This document shows positions 40,240 through 45,770 of a DNA stretch of 45,770 bases, in pieces. Every line of letters begins with the position of its first letter. Positions within the stretch are counted from its first letter, which is position 1. The stretch comes from Priapulus caudatus (Eukaryota), in assembly GCF_000485595.1 (NCBI RefSeq), contig NW_014577062.1, forward strand, positions 1,769,909 to 1,815,678, written 5' to 3'. The notes under the pieces were generated by a model. It made no database searches. It had not been told where the DNA came from and saw only the letters and a program-made list of their open reading frames with translations. The position numbers and the translations under genes were made by a program.

Positions 40240-41330
40240 CCACAGCGAGCACAGACCGAGACACACGAACAGACATACAAAGAAAGAGATACCTTCCTTC
40301 CTGTCTTCCTGTTCATCTGTCTCCGTCTGTGTCTGTTCGTCAGTCAAATCATGCGACTCGCATATTATATCACTTGTGGTGTGTACTTTCAGGTCATGGC
40401 GGTTCAAGGATAGAGATGATGTCCAGTACGGTCATTGCATAGGATGATGTTAGTTGATAAGATAGGACTGGACATCTTCTCTATCCCTGAGCCCACAGCG
40501 AGATCATTGCACATCTGTACCCATCGTCCATGGGTAAGTACAAGTGCGCTTCACTTTCCCAGGCTACACGTTTCATCGCACGTGCGTTACGTACCCCTCC
40601 CGCCCTTGCTTTCCCGTGCCTCATTGTCCCGTCACAATTCAACCAATTTGTTTCCGCGGCCCCGCATCCTGCTCGCTGTCTCACTCAACCTCGAACCCTG
40701 CTCTCTGAACGTGTACCCCGTGTGTGTGGGCGCCCTCCGCTGTTTGCTTCTGTGTTTGTCTCTCTCTGTGTGTGTGTGTGTCTGTCTGTCTGTGTGTCTG
40801 TCTGTCTCTGTGTCTGTCGCCCCGTTCTCTCAACGTGTCCCTCTAGTGTGTCTCCGCAACCCTGGCCATCCACTCTCCGATCCCTCTCCTGTTTCCCCTC
40901 TCTCTGTGTATGTGTCTCCCTCTCTCTCCGTCTCTGTGTGTCTCTCTCTATCTCTGTCTCTGTCTGTGTGTGTCTCTGTCTCTCTTCCTGTTTATCTGTC
41001 TCCATCTGTGTCTGTTTCTCAGCAAATCATACGACTCGCATATTACATGACTTGTGCTATCTACTTTCAGGTGCTGCTTGCGGCAGTTGTGACAGCGAGC
41101 AGAGGCCGAGACACACCAAGAGAGATACAGAGAAAGACAGACAGACGCACAGCGAGATCATTGCACATCTGTAACCATCGTCCATTGGTAAGTACAACTG
41201 CGCTTCACTTTGCCAGGCTACACGTTGTGATCGCACCTGCGTTACGTACCACTCCCGCCCTTGCCTTTCCGTGTCTCATTGTGCCGTCACAATTGCACCC
41301 ATTTCTTTCCTGCTGTGCTGCCCGTGCTGG
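40240..41330. repeat. Local duplication (40300-40680 ~ 40980-41330)
   Basis: Shared blocks CAAATCAT.CGACTCGCATATTA, ACAGCGAGATCATTGCACATCTGTA and CGTCACAATT. Confidence 0.8.
40400..40494. mobile_element. 95-bp MITE of the same TIR family as 24651-24854, lacking the telomeric tract
   Basis: 27-bp IR 40401-40427 / 40467-40493, 24/27 match. Absent from the paralogous segment at ~41070-41150. Confidence 0.7.
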
Positions 41331-41401
41331 GTCTGTTGCTCCCGCCTCGTCGACCCCCGACTTCATTTCATACATAACTTATCAGAACGCACGCATTCCA
41401 A

Positions 41402-41800
41402 TAGGCTTAGATACAAATATCTCGAAAAATGGCCTAAATATCTTTCCGGAATATCTCCAAAATATCTCTAAATATCTCAATTTTGTTTCTAAATATCCCC
41501 AAATGTTTTCTAAATATCTCAGTTATTTCAACGTAATGTCTTTTAAACATATTTTTTTGTGCGAAAAAATCGCAATACAGAATTATATTTAATAAAATTT
41601 ATAAAAACAATTAAAATAATATAAATTAAACAATTTTATATAGAAAAAGACAAACTCATCCTTACAAATCCTTAATATTTGAGAACATTGTGTTTTATCT
41701 TCTAAATATTAACGCATTTTCTACATATCCAGATTTTTCTAAATATCCGAAAACTTCTAAAATATCTAAAAAGATATCCGGATATTTGTATCTAAGCCTA
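41402..41800. mobile_element. hAT-type MITE with 8-bp TSD
   Basis: 20-bp perfect TIR TAGGCTTAGATACAAATATC. TSD CATTCCAA at 41394-41401 and 41801-41808. Internal AAATATCT repeats. Confidence 0.92.
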
Positions 41801-43007
41801 CATTCCAACCACTGTAGAAAAACATCCATCGCCATAACACTTTTCTTCGCCTCGCAAACCCAGCAGGAAACCGTATGCCGTACCACTCGCGTGTACGCAC
41901 GCATGCCAAGTCGTCTATAAAAATGTCGATCCTCAACGTATCGGCATATGAGTTTTTGCGCCGCAACCCATGCGATTATACTTGCGCCTATAAAAGCGTG
42001 ATATTTAGACAATCTTCTTACCGAAACATCTCTCTGATGGCCCAGCTGTTTGTCACCCTACCATGCACAAGAATTGATGTCGAGAGGGGTTTTAGCAGAC
42101 ATTTGCAGGCATAATAATAGTTTCTTTGCATTAAATAAGTTTGCTTTTTCTACTTCATGCATATAAAAGTTTGTGAAAACATAACGAAAAGACAAGTCAT
42201 TTATCCCCTTTTTCTGTTCATAAACTGTTAGGCTACAGATGTCGCTAACAGGAATCCAAATTGATTATGGCTAATTGTTTGGCTACAGAAACAACAATCG
42301 TAGCTAGGGGCCTGCTAATAGTATTTCACTTTCTTACATATTCCTATATAGTCCATGCCCTTAACTTAAAAGTGAAAACTGTCGGGTTGTACGACAGTAA
42401 CTTCATATGCTAACTGACAGTTTCTATGACAGTACAGTTACCAGATTATCTTACTGCCATACCAATTAAGTCACAGTTACCATGTTATGTTATACTATTG
42501 CCATACAAAGGCAGTTACCATATTAAGTCGTATGTCGTAACTCTGACTTTGTAAAACAGTAACATAATATCAGACGGTTTCCCTATAGGGATCCCCTAAT
42601 AGGCATTCCATATTATCTACTTCTGATCATAAGGTAGATGTGTTTGTATGACACTAACATAATACGGTCACTGTCAGTTTCCATCACAGTAACATCATAT
42701 ATGGTTACTATGCTGCTATCGACATTTCAGTAAATATAAACACCAACTTTTATATATAATCCCAGCAATATCGTCAATGGTTACTATTTAACATCACTGT
42801 CAATTTGTACAATACTAACATAATATGGTTACTGTGTTCTTTACTAGATTTCAAAACAAAACAATATATTATGTTGCGTTTAAACATTACTATATCTATT
42901 TTCCAATCGCGCATATTTTATTATAAATCCAATACTATTAGGTATTAGACGCGCGGTGGATTATATTAGAATTCTTCTTATATTGTATTGTGATATTATA
43001 GTTATAT

Positions 43008-43053
43008 CATGAACACCATATAAAGAAGGCCTTCTTTATATGGTCTTCATATG
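43008..43053. mobile_element. 46-bp palindromic insertion flanked by a 10-bp direct repeat
   Basis: Perfect 30-bp palindrome ACCATATAAAGAAGGCCTTCTTTATATGGT at 43015-43044. CAT...ATG ends. ATAGTTATAT at 42998-43007 and 43054-43063. Confidence 0.6.
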
Positions 43054-44791
43054 ATAGTTATATCTAGACGAGTTTACACGAGTTCTTCAGTTCGTTTTAA
43101 CCAGGGGCGCAAATGCAGTAGGGACAGAATTTACGCATTTACAGAGCGGGCACATCAGGATGGGAATTTCACGACTAATAATGCATTTTACGGTTACATA
43201 GAATGTGCGCATATGAATTATTTCTACCGATAGACTGGCGGCGAGAAATGTCATATTTCACGTAACCTATGATTCCCTGCTGCGCGTGTATGCACACTCA
43301 GTTTGGCGTGATAATGCATTTATGGCTATACAAGGTATTTCTCTGTATTTATCTTCTCGTGCTATGCGATTCTTTTCATTTTTCTCTAACTTAGTAATTC
43401 TCCTCTCTCTCTCGCGTCTCTTTTCTGTCATCCTCCGCGCCACTGCCCTCCCTACCTCTCCATCTCCCGCCCCCTGCTCCCGTACCCCCAGTATTATTAT
43501 CTGTACCCGACGTCATAGAGAGTTTCCCTAGCCCAGGGCCAGGAGTTTACACTCTCGTGGAGGCCACCCTAACTTTTTAAACTAAAAACTTACAGTCATC
43601 CATAAAGTGATTTTTTTCCAAGTAGAAAGATCAGATAGAGCCACGGCAAGAACATCGACGGTTTAGATGGATGAACCTATATTGGATTTGTGTCTACCGA
43701 CGTGTGCTGAGGCGAATGCCAGGAAAACAACCAGTTAGCTTGTTCTACACTCACCACAACAAATACATAGGCTGCGCATGTATGACGTTAAAACACGCCA
43801 TATGGTTCGACTGATTGATATACGGGCGTGTCGTTCCAGGTCAGAGACCTAACATTTCCTTACCAAAACCTTTCTTCAGTTAACTACATGTTAACACGAG
43901 CTAAGTCCGTACCGTACACGTACATACCATCCCCGCTGCGCTCGCCTCTTCTGGAGGGGGCAGCAATAGCAGCAGCAGCAGCAAATGCCCCCCCGGAAGG
44001 CCGCCGTAGCCGAGCCGGTGAGGTTGATGAAAACTGCGGCGGATGTTACGCTGCCCGCTATGACGGATCGCGGCCGCCCGCCCGCTCCTCTCGCGCGCCG
44101 AATTCTAGCGGGCGGGCAGGCGAGATGCCTACATCACAACCTGCCGCGTCGCGTGCGCGCCAGTCCCGCCGGAAGTGCGCCCGCTTAACCGGCCATCTCG
44201 CGGTGGGTAACAACGAATCGTTGTCGACAACGCCATCTTGTACACGGTCTCTCTGGACGGACTTGCGGCCCCGTTGCGCGCGCCAGCGCCGCGCTCGCTG
44301 CGAAGCCGCGCCCCAACCCGAATACGCCGCCCCCTTTTTGTCCCACAAAATCACTATAGAGAGATATAAATGAGACAGGTCGAACGGCCCTAACGCGACA
44401 AACATGGGCCTCGCAATCCAACCCGATATTCGTCGCTGGAACGAGCAGGAGGCCATCTCCAAACGGCCTGCTTAACCTTTATTTGGGGTGGCCGCGCCTC
44501 ATGGTCTAAGACGTCGTCAGACTCCTACATAAAAGCTCGCAAGAAAATGCCTGTCACTCAGCGATGACGTCGCCTCGCTCGTCTGGCCGACTACCGCCGA
44601 TGACGGGCGGCTAGTGCGAGGATAGCGCGTTATGTCTATCACAGAGCTTTTTACGAAGTGTCGTACGGCGCTGCACGTGGGGTGGCGCGGCCTACATGCT
44701 ATCTGCAAATGCCATGCCGCCGTTACGGCGCCTGGCTGCGTACGTGCTATGTTTTCAGCCACCTCCTGACCCCGCGCTGCCAGTGGCAACG

Positions 44792-44849
44792 CATAGATAC
44801 TAACCCAAGGGGGTTATTGGTTGGGTTACTACTTGGGTTAGTATCTATG
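44792..44849. mobile_element. 58-bp hairpin element with CATAG...CTATG ends and 7-bp TSD (P-superfamily-like)
   Basis: 18-bp perfect IR CATAGATACTAACCCAAG. TSD GGCAACG at 44785-44791 and 44850-44856. Confidence 0.78.
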
Positions 44850-45770
44850 GGCAACGGCACGTCTACGGCACCTACGCTCTCGTGGCCGGCGGCGAAATTT
44901 TTCCCCAGTATAACATAGGAAGGATTTAGGCGCCTTCTGATTGGCTGGAATTTGGCAAGATGTCAGCCTCCATGACTTGTAGCCAAAATTCCCAATTATC
45001 TACCAAAAACTTTGCCGAACTTTCTGTAAGTGAGGTTAAAGTAGTTTTTAGTATGTTTTCCTTAAAACAACATGAGTTTCAGTGAATTAACCCAAATATC
45101 ATGCCGTTTCTTGACTGATTTGCTTTGACTGAAGAAAACCTTCAAGACAACAGAACAAACGCCGTTTGTAAATGTTGGTTTTGGTTTATGACCGCTATAT
45201 AACTATAAGTATAAGTGTTCTGATGTATTTTCCATGAAAGACACATATTTTACTCATTATATATAACATATAATATTACTATAATTGCAATTCTTTGTGC
45301 AAATGTGTTATTTTCATCTTCATCTTAAGTTATGAGAGGGTCTAGGCTTATACTTATGCAAGTTATAGTTATAGCTGCCGAATTTCTGTTCATGTTGGTG
45401 CCTAGTCCGCAAATGCAGACGTTATAACTCTGCTTTGGTAATGTGAGGGTGCGGGTTTATCCATTACTGGGGTCTGCGTCGGCTCGGACTAGTTCGTGCC
45501 GTGGTCCGATTAGTTTACGTTTCAGCTGACCTCAGGGTTAAACACTAGGCTACTACTACGACTACTAACGTACTAGTTCATACTACTACTAGCGTCAACG
45601 AGTACGAGTACGTATAGCTCTAGTACTGTCGTAGCCCTAGTACTATAGTACCGTCGTAGCTCTAGTAGTACTGTCGTAGCTCGCTTCCAGTTCCTATCGA
45701 CCTGCCGGACGAATGCCACTACGGGTGCGTGTACATACGTACGTATGCAACTCGGCGCAATATTACCTCG

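Noticed and set aside
40435..41592. 385-aa ORF
   Set aside because: It runs through a local duplication, (CT/GT) low-complexity DNA and a hAT MITE, and has no recognisable domain.

Overview
Draft-quality animal (invertebrate-like) genomic DNA with four N-gaps and many microsatellites. The one clear host gene is a two-exon Msx (msh/Drop) NK-class homeobox gene on the minus strand: CDS 10785-10410 + 8522-8104, 264 aa, with two eh1 motifs. The rest is mostly DNA-transposon derivatives. These include a deleted CACTA/EnSpm element carrying a multi-exon SAM-domain accessory gene, a Kolobok-type element carrying a frameshifted P2X7-ballast-like zinc-binding gene, TTAA-flanked MITEs, hAT remnants, 46-58 bp CAT...ATG hairpin elements and a Helitron-like repeat. 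There is also an intronless 14-3-3 epsilon fragment. The most striking pattern is that all six telomere-type (TTAGGG)n tracts lie between the terminal inverted repeats of small non-autonomous elements, which belong to about four unrelated TIR families. One has a clean 9-bp TSD (Mutator-like), and one also carries a tRNA-Asn-derived Pol III promoter. The segment 14.4-24 kb looks like one locus represented twice with indel-rich noise, probably a long-read gap-fill artefact. All family assignments come from recognising motifs by eye, without database searches.
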